From Rhizaria sp. SCN 62-66 (lineage: Eukaryota): a stretch of 64,000 bases of DNA. A model generated the notes under the pieces. The model was not told the DNA's origin, ran no database searches, and was given only the letters and a program-made list of their open reading frames with translations. Position 1 is the first letter of the stretch. Every line of letters begins with the position of its first letter. This document shows, in pieces, positions 50,633-61,927 of the stretch. A program made the position numbers and the translations under genes. The stretch lies in contig MEDY01000004.1 in NCBI GenBank assembly GCA_001724265.1, forward strand, positions 62,001 through 126,000, given 5' to 3'.

Positions 50633-51914
50633 ATGGGTGTTAAGGGTACGTTTACATATACTGCTTGCGTTGCTCTGCCTCGTTTTTGTCGCTTCTGTAC
50701 CCCTTCGCTTTCACTCATTGAGACATCTTTGCCGAGCATCTTACTCACCCGCCACATGTATTTTTGCCACTTATGTACTCTCTGCAGGTCTTATGCGCTT
50801 CATCAGCGAGCGCGCGCCTGGCGCGGTGCGCGAGTACGACATCGCCAACTACTTCGGCCGCCGCATCGCGATCGACGCGAGTACGTGCCTGTACCAGTTC
50901 CTGGTCGCCATCCGCTCCGGCGCCGACGGCCAGAACATGGCGTCCGAGGACGGCGAGGCGACGTCGCACCTGATCGGCTTGTTTTACCGCACGCTGCGCA
51001 TGCTGGACCACGGCATCAAGCCCGTGTACGTGTTCGACGGCAAGCCGCCGGAGCTCAAGGGCGGCGAGCTGGCCAAGCGCCGCGAGCGCCGCCAGGCCGC
51101 CGAGGAGTCGCTCAAGGAAGCCAAGGACTCGGGCGACGCGGACGACGTGCAGAAGTTTGAGCGCCGCCTGGTGCGCGTGAGTCCCGAGCAGAACGCCGAG
51201 GCGAAGCGTCTGCTCAAGCTCATGGGCGTGCCGTACGTCGAGGCGCCCGGAGAGGCCGAGGCGACCTGCGCGGCCCTCGCGCGCGCGGGCGCGGTGTACG
51301 GCGCCGGCACGGAGGACATGGACGCGCTGCCGTTCGGCGCGACGAAGCTCATCCGCAACCTCACGGTGTCTGCGAACAAGGAGGCCGCGATCGTCGAGGT
51401 GGACCTGGACAAGGTGCTCGAGGGGCTGGAGCTCACCATGGAGCAGTTCATCGACATGTGCGTGCTCTTCGGCTGCGACTACACGTCGACGATCCGCGGC
51501 ATCGGCCCGCAGAAGGCGTACGAGATGATCAAGCAGCATGGCTCCACGGCGGCGGGCCTCAAGGAGCTCAATCGCGAGAAGTACCCCGTCCCCGAGGACT
51601 TCATGCCGGAAGCCGCGGCGGAGCTGTTCCGCAACGCTGAGGTCGCCGACGCCGCCGAGCTCGACCTTAAGGCGCGCGAGCCCGACGAGGAGGGACTCAT
51701 TGCGTTCCTGTGCGGCGAGAAGGGCTTCCAGGAGCCTCGCGTGCGCGCCGGACTGGCGCGGCTGACCAAGGCCAAGTCCAAGGGCACGCAGCAGCGGCTG
51801 GAGAACTTCTTCTCCATCATCCCCAAGTCCCCCACCGCCAACGCCAACGCCAAGACCGGGCAGACCAAGCGTCCTGCCGACAAGAAGGGCGCTGCCGCCA
51901 CCAAGAAGAAGTAA
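50633..51914 (+). CDS. FEN1: Flap endonuclease 1, 2 exons
   Basis: Exon 50633-50645 (MGVKG), GTACGT...CAG intron, exon 50788-51914. YFGRRIAIDAS, TSHLIGLFYRT, PVYVFDGKPP, EAPGEAEATCA, TEDMDALPFG, GCDY, PIP box QQRLENFF, basic tail. Stop TAA. Confidence 0.97.
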
Positions 51915-53006
51915 CTAAGAAGCAAGCAAGCGATCACGTGAGCAACCGAAATGGCTGCAGCGCTAAGCAAAATAAGTTTAGACCATTTTGTTTCGAGAAA
52001 AAAGAAAAGTTTTATATTAGTAGTATTAGTATTAATAGTAATCGTATTATCATTGTTAGTATTCGAGGTCAGCCTTATTAACTTGCGAGGCTGTTTGGGT
52101 TTTTGACACACATTTAAACAAAGTTTGTACAAAAGTAGATTCGTGATTCACGCGACCAGATCACGTATGGCGTGAACAGGGTCAAATCAACAGACATTCA
52201 TTGACAGAGACTCAGAACATGTCAAACAACAAACAACAAAACAAAATATAGGTCAGATAATGCCGTAATACTGATTCATGACAAAGTAGAAATACAAAAC
52301 CTTATCCCAACAACACACTGACGGTGACTGACTGATCACTTAAACTTATCGAAATTAAGCATGAGTTGAATTTAACAACAACTCAGGTGCGCGTGCAGCG
52401 ACACATAGAAAAGTTTTGATGTGTAAAATTATTTGTACGTGCGTAGAGCTGCGACAGCGATGACAAGCTTGAGACAGCAAAGTGCGCTGTCGGAAAAGCG
52501 GCGTGAAGTAAGTGGCAGTGACAGACGACTGGTGGGCGGATGACGCCGAGAATGAAGGAAACATTTTGAAAACACAAAGAATCTTCACGGCGGAAGCGAC
52601 GCGCAAAGGAAAGACTAAAGAATGACAAATCACAAAGAGAAAACAGCCTCAAGCAGCCTCACAACCAATTAGGAGAGAAGCATACACAGATACAGGGACA
52701 GGAACCAAGACAAAAGAGAGGTACTGGTTGGGATAAAACCAAGGGGGATAAAAAACAGGTTAACAGAAAAAAGATGCACAGCTAATAACGAAATAGCGCG
52801 CATCAGAGAGTCTTCGACAGCACAAGATGATGCAACTGCGAGAGACGGAAATAAGAGAGAGCGACAAAAAAAGAAAAAAACAAATTTTGAATTACATACA
52901 ACATCAAACGTCAAAACACACGTTTGTCACATTTCATTTTTGATTTTACTCTCTCTCATTCAAGGCGAATATTTAAGATTCAGTCAAAAGACAGCAACTA
53001 AGTCCG

Positions 53007-56000
53007 TTACGCGTTGGCGTTGGCGTTCGCTGCGGCTGCGGCCTCAGCGTCACGGCGCTGCTGCTTGGCCTTAATGAGTGCGCGCTTGGCGTCGTAGTTG
53101 TTGAGGACCTGCTCGGTCTGCATGAAGTGCAGGATCTGCGTCTGCAGCACCTCGTTCCACGTCGTGTCCTCGGCCAGCGCGTTGTCCGTCTCGGCCGACG
53201 CGATCACGTAGGGCGCCGCCAGTGCCGCCACGGCCGCGTTGGCTGACACACGCGGCACCTCGAGCTGCCCCTCGGCCTCCTCATCCGCCGCGCTGGCCAA
53301 CGCGCCGCCCGCTCGGCAGTCCGAGTCGTCCGAGTCGTCGCCCTCGCCGGGACCCATGCGGCCCGCGCGGCCCTTGCCCGGCGCGGCCGCGGGCGCCGCG
53401 GGGGAAGCGCACATCGGCACGCCGCCGCCGCTGCCGTTGCCGCTCTCGCCGCAGTCGTAGTCGCCGGTGTTGCTGCTGCTGAGCGCGATCTGCGCGCTGG
53501 ACAGCGCGGCGGCGGCCGAGGGCGCGCGCTTGAGCGCGGTGAGGCGGCGGAACACGCCCTCGGGATCCTTGTACCGCGCCAGCGGCTCCGCGGCGTCGAG
53601 CGCAAAGCGGTGCACGTTGGCGGCCATGATGTGCGCCATCGCGGCGTGAGTGCCCGACAGCGGCGGCTGCATCGTATCGCAGTGCTGCAGGTGCGCTGTG
53701 TACGTGTAGTGGTAGCTCACCACGGGCACGTTCAGCGCCGTCGCGCAGTGCAGCGAGTACACGATGCACGCCGTGTTGAGCTCGCGGTCGTCCACGAACA
53801 CCAGCTCAGGCGGCAGCGACGGGAAGCGCGGCAGGTCCTCGGGGTACAGCCGCGCCGCGGGCGGGCACCACGGCGCCAAGGGCGTCGCACCGCTGCCGCC
53901 GCCGCCGCCGGTGCTGTTGGCCACGGCGTTGCTGACGTCAGCGTCGGGACGACCCTGGGCAGCGGCCTCGGCCGCGGCCTGCTCGGCGGCGGCGGCGCGC
54001 ACGGCGGCCAGGTGCTGCTGCAGCCGCGCCAGCGTGCAGCCCTCGTGGCCGACGCGCGGGTCCAGCCCGGCCCGCGCGGCACACGCCGCAGCAGCAGCGG
54101 CCGCGGCGCTCCCGCTCGTGCCGCTGCTGCTGTGCGCGCGGACGTGGCTGTTGCGCGCGGCGATGGCGTCGAGCTTGTGGCGCCATTCGTGCGCGTTCAG
54201 CCTGCCGCCGGCCAGCACCACGTTCTCGAGGAAGCGGTTCAGCACCATGCCCTTGTCCATGGCGTTGGTGAAGATGACGCCGCGGTCGTACACGGCGCCC
54301 AGTTCCGTGTCGGTGATCGGACCCGCGGCCTCGTCAAACGGTGCCATCAGTGTGAGGTCGATGCCGAGGTCGTTGAGCGACTTAACCGTCACGTGCGACA
54401 TGTCCGCGTAGCGCGAAGTGAGCCCGAACACGAGGCATCCGCGCGCCTGGAGCTCGTCGATGACGTCCTTGGTGCAACGCTCGACGAGGCGCTTGCGGTG
54501 CAGCGCCTCCTGGAGCCGGCGGATGTAGCCGTTCTTGACGTCCATGGGCACAGCGGCGTAGGCCGGGTGCGAGCCCAGCAGGCCGCGGAAGGCCTGCACG
54601 CCCTGCTGCGTCATGAGCGTGCACGGGTGGTGCACGTTGCAGTGCACAGTGTCGTCGATGTCCAGCGCAACGAGCGTGCCGGGCGCCGAGTGCCGCAGCA
54701 GGTGCGCAAAACGGTGCAGCACCCAGACCGAGCCCGTGGTGCCAGCGCACACGAACTGCGGCTGCGACGTGCACGGCGTCGGCAACGCGAACAGCGCCGA
54801 TCGCAGCGCCTTGCGCCGCAGCGCCTCCAATGCGGCCGCCTGCTCCGCAGTGAGACAGACGGCGGGCACGGGCACCAGCGGTGCAGCGGCCAGCAGCGCA
54901 GGCGACGCCGCCGCGGACTGGTACGCGTGGCACTGTGCGGGCACCGGCGGCAGCACGGGGCTCACGGCGTTGACCGACGCGGCGGCAGCGGCAAGGTCCG
55001 CGGCGGCCGCGGCGGCGGGGTCGGGCGCGAAGAGCGACGCCGAGGCCGAGCCCGCAGCGTTGGCCGCGTTGGCGGCACTAGTGCTGAGCGTGGGCGTGTC
55101 CATCGACGGCGTGTCGAGCGCGCTGGAGAAAGCGCGCGCGTGCAGCGGCGGCGGCTGCGCGGGCGAGCTCACCATCGGCAGCCCGCTGCTGTTGCCGCTG
55201 TCCGTCGCCAGCGTCAGCGCAGACGCGCGCAGAGCGAAGCCAGAGGTGGAGCCCGTGCTGGAGCCCGAGCCGGGCGCAGCGGCGGGCACTCGCGCGGGGC
55301 GGCCGGGCGTGCTGACGCCGTTGTAGCCGTGCGTGGCCGAGGACGACGTGGACGCGGTCGACAGCTTGCTGTGGCTGCGCGCGCGCGCCGTGCGCTGCAG
55401 CGGCAGCTCGTCGTCGTCCAGCATGCCCTCGCCGCCGCCCGTCGCGCTGTCGGCGCCGCCGGGCGTGTTGCTGTTGCCGTTGGCGCCATCGTCGCCCTCG
55501 CCCAGCGCGGGCGTCACAGGCGTCGCCGGCGACAGCGCCAGCTTGCGCTTCAGCGCGCGCGCAACCACAGTCGTGTCGGGGCCGACCATGAGGCCGCCGG
55601 CGCCGCTGTTGGCGCTGTTGAGGCTGGCGTTGCCGCTGACGGGCGCGGAGCCGGGCAGCGAGCTCGACGCCGAGGCCGAGCGCCACAGCGAGCCCAGCGC
55701 GGGGGCCGCGCCAAACCGCGCGCCGCCACCCAGCCCCGGCGCCGTGCCGAGCTGCGGCGGCGGCGGAAGCCCGTCTCTGGCCGCGGCGGCCATGGCGGCC
55801 TCGCGCTGGCGGAAGAAGCGCAGCAGATCTCTGCGGCAGCGGCGGTGCTGCTCGGCGAGCGCGGCGTCGGCGTGCGCGCGCACAGCGTCGATGGCGCGCT
55901 GGCGCACCTCGGCGTTGTGCGAGCGGACGACGTTGTGCTGGTGGCAGTAGCAGGTGGAGCCGCCGCGCGCGACGCCGGCGACGTTTGCGGCCACCACGGC

Positions 56001-59000
56001 GGGCTCCTGCTGCAGCACAGTGGCTAGGTCGTACGACGGCGGCGCCGCGGGCAGCGCCGCGCGCGCGTCGTAGTGGCCCGGGTGCAGGTGAAACTCCTCT
56101 TCGTTGACGTAGGCCTCGAAGCGCTCGGCCTCCAGGTTCGTGTCTGTCGCCACAGTCGCCGCGCCCGCCGCGCTGGCGAGCGCGCCGCCGACGCCGAAGC
56201 TGAAGACGCCGCCGGAGCTGGCGGCCGAGGACACGGATCCGCGCCACGACGCGGGGCCCGGGCTCGCGGGCGCGGTCACGCTGCCGCCAGCAGTCCCGCC
56301 GTTGGTCGCGGCGGCGGCGGCGGCGAGCACGGCACGGTGCGCGTCGGCGGTCAGCGGACCGATGCCCGCGTAGTCGACCGAGGGGCACTGCAGCTGCGCG
56401 AGCGCAATCACGCGCGCGCACGCCGCGATGGACGCGGCGACGCCGGCCGTGCACGCCTGCTGGTGGATCGCGTCGGCGTTGGCAATGCGCCACGCGTGCG
56501 CGCGTGCCTCGCGGACGAAGTCCACGGGGAACTGACTCGGCAGCGGCGCGGGCCGCAGCCGCAGCCGCGCGGGCGTGTCCGAGAGCGCGGCCGCGACCGA
56601 CGCGGCGGCAGTGGACGCGAACGCGGAGGCCGCGGTGACGGACTGGCCGTTGCGGTCCTCGGCCTCCTCGACCGGCGCCAGCAGCGTGCGGTTGCTCGAG
56701 CTGGAGCTGGCCGTGGCCGCCGTCAGCGGCGTGGGCGCGCGCGCCGACGGGGCGGCGGCGTCGTCGGCGCCGCTGAGGGAAAGCGAGTCGGGCGCGGAGA
56801 CGGGCGCTGAGGCCGAGGCGGGCGTGGGCGTCGCAGTCGCGGGCTCTGTGCCGGCCGCCGAAGGCGTCAGCGACAGCACGGCGGGGCGGCACACGCCGGC
56901 CGCGGACACGACCGAGGGCGTGGGCGCGGGCGCCGTGGAGAGCGTGGCCGAGGACACGGTCGCATTGCCCGACACGGGCGTGGCCATCATCGCCGCGCCG
57001 GGGCCCGCGGCCGTGGCAGCGGCTACGGCGGCGCGCGCGCGCGCGGGGGGCGCGGCGTGGCGCAGCCCTGGGTCCGTGGGCAGGCGCCCGTCGCACAGCA
57101 GGTCGATCAGGCCCTCCTCTTCCTGCTGATGCGGCGGCTGCTGTTGTTGAGGCAGCGTCTCAGCGTCCTCCTCGTTAGTCGCAACGTGGCGGCCGTCCTC
57201 GTCGTCCTCGTCGGAGGCGCCGGCGAAGATGTCTCCCTGCCGCGCCCAGAGCGCCTCTTCATCCTCCTCGTCCGCCTCCGCCTCCGCCTCGGCGTCGGCG
57301 TCGGCCTCAGCGCTGGCCTCGGCGCTGGCCTCGGCGTCGGCGTCGGTGCCGGTCTTGCGCGCGCGGCGGCGCAGCGCGGAGCCCAAGCCGGGCGCCGACC
57401 GCCGACCCGCACCGCTGGCGCTGACGGCGTTGCTGTCCGCGTCGCCCATCTGGCTCTGCTGCGAGGGCGGCTGGGCCTGCGTGTGGCCGCGGGGCGTCCA
57501 CCGCGGCGGCGCGGCGGCGGCCACGGCGGCCTCAGCGTCGGCCTCGACCTGCGCGCGCAGCCGGCTCAGCTCGCCCTGGCCGTGACCGTGGGCGTGCGAG
57601 TGACCGTGAGCAAGCGAATGACCGTGGGTCGGGACGGGCGAGACAGAGTTCGAAGAGCGCCCGCCCGCGCCGGGCGATGCCGCGCCCCCCGCGGTCGTGG
57701 CCGCAACCGCGCCGGCCTGGGCTGCGCCACTGGCCTGAGCTGCGGCGCCAGCCTGGGCTGCGGCGCCGGTCTGGCTGACGGGGCCGGTTTGGCTGACGGG
57801 GCGGAACGCGGTACGCAGGATCGTCACCGGGGACGCCGTCGTGCCACGCACATTGTTCCCGTTCGCGATCGCGGCGCTGCTGCCGTTGTTGGCCGCGAGC
57901 GCGGGCTGTGGCGTGACGCGCAGCAGGTGCGTGGCGGGCCCGGAGCCGGCCGCGCGGCGCCCGCCCGAAAGCCCCGACAGCCCGGAGAGGCCGGAGAGCC
58001 CGGACAGGGCCTCGACGGCCGAGAGCGGGGACGCGCGGCCTGAGCCGGTGCGCGAGGGCGGCGGCATCAGCGATCGCGCCTGCTGCGCCTGCGGAGACCC
58101 GCCTGGCGCCTCGGCAGCCAGTGCGGGCCCGCCGGCCCCGACCCCAGCGCCGACGCGGTCGCCGAGTGAGGACGAGAGGGACATGGGCGAGGCGCGGCCG
58201 CCCACGCCCGCGGCCCCGGCGGCGGCGGGCGCGGCGGCGGCCAGAGGCGAGGGCCGCGCGTTGGCCGCGGGACTGCCGCCCGCGCTGGCGCCCGCGCCGG
58301 GCGCGGGCAGCGAGCGGATCACCGGCGTCGACTCGGGCGTGAACTGCCGCCGGGGCCCGCCGCGGGGGCCGCGCACCCCCGTACCCAGCGTCTGGCTGCC
58401 CGAGAACGGGCTCCCGCCGCCCGTCCCGGTTCCGCCGCCGCTGACGCTGGCCGCGCCGGAGAGGCTGTGGCGCAGCTCGGCGCGCCCGCGGCCGCCGGCG
58501 CCGCCGTGGGCCGAGCCCGTGCCGGCGCTGTTGCCGCCCGCGGCCAGGTCCATCGGCAGCGGCACCACCACGGTCGAGCCCGCGCCCGCGCCCGCACCCG
58601 CGCCCGAGCCGGAGCCGGAGCCGGAGAGCGGGTGTGGGCGGCGCTCGCTGCCGCTGCGGCCGGTGGGCCCGAAGTGCCCGTCCCCGCCGTGGCTGTGGCT
58701 ATGACTGTGGCCCGGGTGACCGTGGGCGGGACCGTGGGCCGGACTCGACCAGCCCAGCACGGGCGTCGCGGCCGGGGTCACGCCGGCACCGCCCGCCGCG
58801 CCGCCGCGCCAGCCGCCGTGGCCCTGGCCGTGGGCGCCGTGTCCGTGCCCGTGGGCGCCGTGGGCGCTGTGGCTGTAGTGGCTGTGGTGAGCGGGCGTGA
58901 AGGGCTGTGCCGAGGCCGCCGAGGCCGCCGAGAAGGCCGGCGAGCCCCGCACGCCGCCCGCGCCGGCGCCGGCGCCAGTGACGACGACGCCACCCGTGGT

Positions 59001-59405
59001 GCTGTCGAGCGCGCTCACGGCGGGCGTGCCGGGGGTCGACACCGCGCCCGCCCAGCCCTGATGATGCTGCTGCTGCTGCTGCTGCGGCCCGTGGCCGTGG
59101 CCGTGGCCGTGCGCCTGACCGTGGTTGTGGTGCATGGGGCCCGAGACGTGGACCAGTCCGGACCCGCGCTTGCTGGCGCTACCGTGCCCGTGGCCGCCGT
59201 GCGGCTGCTGCGGCTGCGGCTGCGGCTGCGGCGGGGGCGGCATCAGCGGCACCACCATAGTCGTGGCGCGGCTGGCCGACGACAGCACGGACTCGGTGTC
59301 CTCGGTGTCGTGGTCCGCGCCCGCGCCTCCGGAAGGGCCATGCGTCACCAGTACCGAGCTCAGACCGAGCCGCTTGCTGTTGCCGCTGATGCGCTTCTTA
59401 TTGTG

Positions 59406-59456
<51 letters not shown>

Positions 59457-60605
59457 GGCGTTGTTGACGCTGGTGTTGGCGCTATTGTTCGTGGTCGCCG
59501 TGCTGCGCGCGTCGCTGGCGTCGTCACCGTCGCCTGCGAGCTTTCTCTCGGCGCCACCGGCACCGTGCCGTTGCTGCGGCTGTCTGTTGCCCTTGCCACG
59601 GCCCTGAGCCAGACCCTGCGCCTGCTGAGACTGAGACTGAGACTGCGAGCTTCTGCCGTCGTCGTCGTTCCTGTCGTCGTTGTCGTCATCGCTCATGCGC
59701 ACCGGCGTGCCCGCCGCGCCCTGCCGCTGCGCCGCGCGCCGCGCGCAGGCCTCTGCGTCGGCGCCCGCGTCGGCCTCGGCGTCGTCCGACATGCTCACGG
59801 TCGTCGTCGGCGACCGCCCGCCCGCTGCGCGCGTGCCCGCCGCGACCGCAGCGCTGCCGGGGCCCGCGCCGAGGGCGGAGGCCGAGACGGGCAGCGGCAG
59901 CGTGCTGAAGCGGCGCTGGCGGGCGCGTACGGCATCGAGCGCGGCTGAGCCCCAGCCTGCGGCGCCCCCGCCCCCGCCAGCGTCAGCGCGACCGGCGCCG
60001 GGGTGGGCTGCGCTAGCGTTGGCGTGCGCGGCGACAGCGGAGGAAGACGCGGAGAGCGCGCAGACGGCGTCGCCACCGTCGTCTGCGTCGTACGCGCAGT
60101 TGTTGTTGTCGTCGTCGTTGCCGTCACCGGTGACGCCGTCGACGCCGTCGTCGTTGTCGCTGCCGTCGTCGACGTCGCTGTCGCCGGCGGCCGCGTCGCC
60201 CATCGAGCACATCGCGTCGCCGTTGGCCGCGTTGGCACCGCCGTTGGCGGCCGCATTGCCGCCGCCCAGGTTGTTGCCGACGTTGACTGGCGAGGCCGAG
60301 GCCGAGTCACCGCCCCCCGCGGCCGCGGCGAGCGCGCGCAGGTCGTTAGCCGAGGAGCTGCGGCGCGCGCCCAGCCCCGGGGAGCCGCCGGCCGAGGCGG
60401 CGGACCCGCGGCCGAGCGCGTGCGCGTGCGCGTGGGTCGGGCTGACGCCGTCGAGGTGCGCGGGGCCGGCGCTGGCAGTGGACTGGGGCAGGCGGAGCTT
60501 GCGCGGGTGCGCGCCCTGGAAGAGCGGCGGGGACTTGGGCGCGAGCGAAGGCGATGTGTTAGGCACAAACGAGTGGGCGTTAAGCCCGTGCTTGCGGTAG
60601 TTCAT
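53007..60605 (-). CDS. 2532-aa low-complexity protein with a C-terminal HAD-superfamily (DUF2608-like) domain
   Basis: Single uninterrupted ORF. HAD motifs near the C-terminus: LVALDIDDTV (I), VFGLTSR (II), GVIFTNAMDKG (III), LVFVDDRELN (IV). The remainder is Gly/Ala/Ser/His/Asn/Gln-rich. Stop TAA. Confidence 0.8.
59407..59457 (-). repeat. (AAC)17 coding microsatellite encoding poly-Asn
   Basis: Perfect TTG x17 on the + strand, in frame in the 53007-60605 ORF. Confidence 0.95.
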
Positions 60606-61630
60606 GAGAACGAGAGGTGCGTGCGGGCGAGTGGGCCGTTAAGGCACAACTACTGCTCCTGAGCGCGTGGCTCTGACGCGAGAAGTGGCGGGCGAGACTG
60701 TGCGCGCGGAAACAAAGTCATGAGAGCGTAGACAAATAATATGTTAAGGTTGAGTGCGGTGTTGAGATGAAGAATGGTTATCAGAGGACGGTGACGATCG
60801 CATCGGCTCGAATTCATTGATGATATTTGCCAGGCCACAAGTGATGACGTGCTCGCGTGCTTATAAGCGGAAGCGTTTCGAGGGGCTTAGCAAACGTGTT
60901 CAGAAAGTACGCGATGCAGTTTAGCAATAAACAAGTTTACCGCAGACGTACACGAAGAGTTCTTGCCGAGTTGCCTTAGCGTGTGACGCTAGCGGCTGGG
61001 AAGGTTCCGACCCGAGGAGGGTAAGGACGTGAAGGGCTGTTAAGGAAACGCCTCAAACGTGCCTATAGAGACATAATACCAGCGCACAAGTGGTTAAATA
61101 CAGTAAAAGATAAGTTTTAATGGCCCATTAATGGTAAACCCAGCACGTGGCCAGAGTTATGAGGATTACAGCAGCGGGAATCCGTGCAGAGAAGAAAAGA
61201 GATGAGAGGCAGTCGACGCCTAACAAAGTCGCCTTTTCCCTATGAGGATTACAACACTGTAATGACCACTGTTTGCAGTGAGAATTAAATATGGTTTCAA
61301 ACACCCACGTGGCTAACCCAGGAACACAAAATGTGGACTATACCTTGTTCCTCTTGGTCATGACACGCGTAGATTGGGAGCAGACGATGCTCCCCATTTT
61401 ATCACAAATGGGAGCCTTCGACGATCGTTTTTCGCGGGCAACCTTGAACTCAACATCATGCGCTGTATTGTCCAAGATATGATTATACTATATGTTCATA
61501 AGATTTTTAGTTTACATTTTAACATTATATTTCAATTTAAGATCATTCAGATTGTATTTTTGTTCACAATAGCTCACTTCAAACCCTCTCCTGTCATATT
61601 GTTTCGCTCAGACCCGCTGAAGCCGGGAAC

Positions 61631-61927
61631 ATGGAGGCTATCGGCGGCCCATCCGGGCGCTCGCGCCTTGTCGGCCTTGCCCTCGCCGTCCTCAGCGCCA
61701 CTTTTTGGTGCGCCGTCATGCTCTCGGTGGTTGTGCTGAAGCTGTTCCCCGTCGCTGCGCCTCCGCCAGGCAGTGCCTCAGAGTCCTATTCGCTGCGCAC
61801 ACTCGCCGCCGCTGTGTCGGCTGACCGCTACTACTGCCTGCTCGTGCCGCTCACAGTCCCCCTGACGCTGCTTGCGCTTTACCTTGACTGGCTCGGTTTT
61901 AAGCTCTTCAGGCACAATAGCTCTTGA
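61631..61927 (+). CDS. PIGY: GPI-GlcNAc transferase subunit Y (PIG-Y/Eri1 family)
   Basis: 98 aa with two hydrophobic helices and the family-typical end DRYYCLLVPLTVP...YLDWLGFKLFRHN. Stop TGA. Confidence 0.88.
   Translation: MEAIGGPSGRSRLVGLALAVLSATFWCAVMLSVVVLKLFPVAAPPPGSASESYSLRTLAAAVSADRYYCLLVPLTVPLTLLALYLDWLGFKLFRHNSS

Noticed and set aside
60650-60838. Short minus-strand ORF ending in TAG upstream of the HAD gene as a second readthrough case
   Set aside because: It is not in frame with ATG 60605 (offset 44 nt) and reaches TGA if read through.
60841-61080. Possible ncRNA (box-C-like GTGATGA; GGGAAGGTTCCGA vaguely like RNase P CR-I)
   Set aside because: I could not identify matching partner boxes or helices by eye; an Infernal/Rfam scan would be needed.
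61159-61252. ATGAGGATTAC resembles the 5' half of the MS2 phage operator hairpin
   Set aside because: The complementary 3' half is missing and there is no phage context; coincidence.
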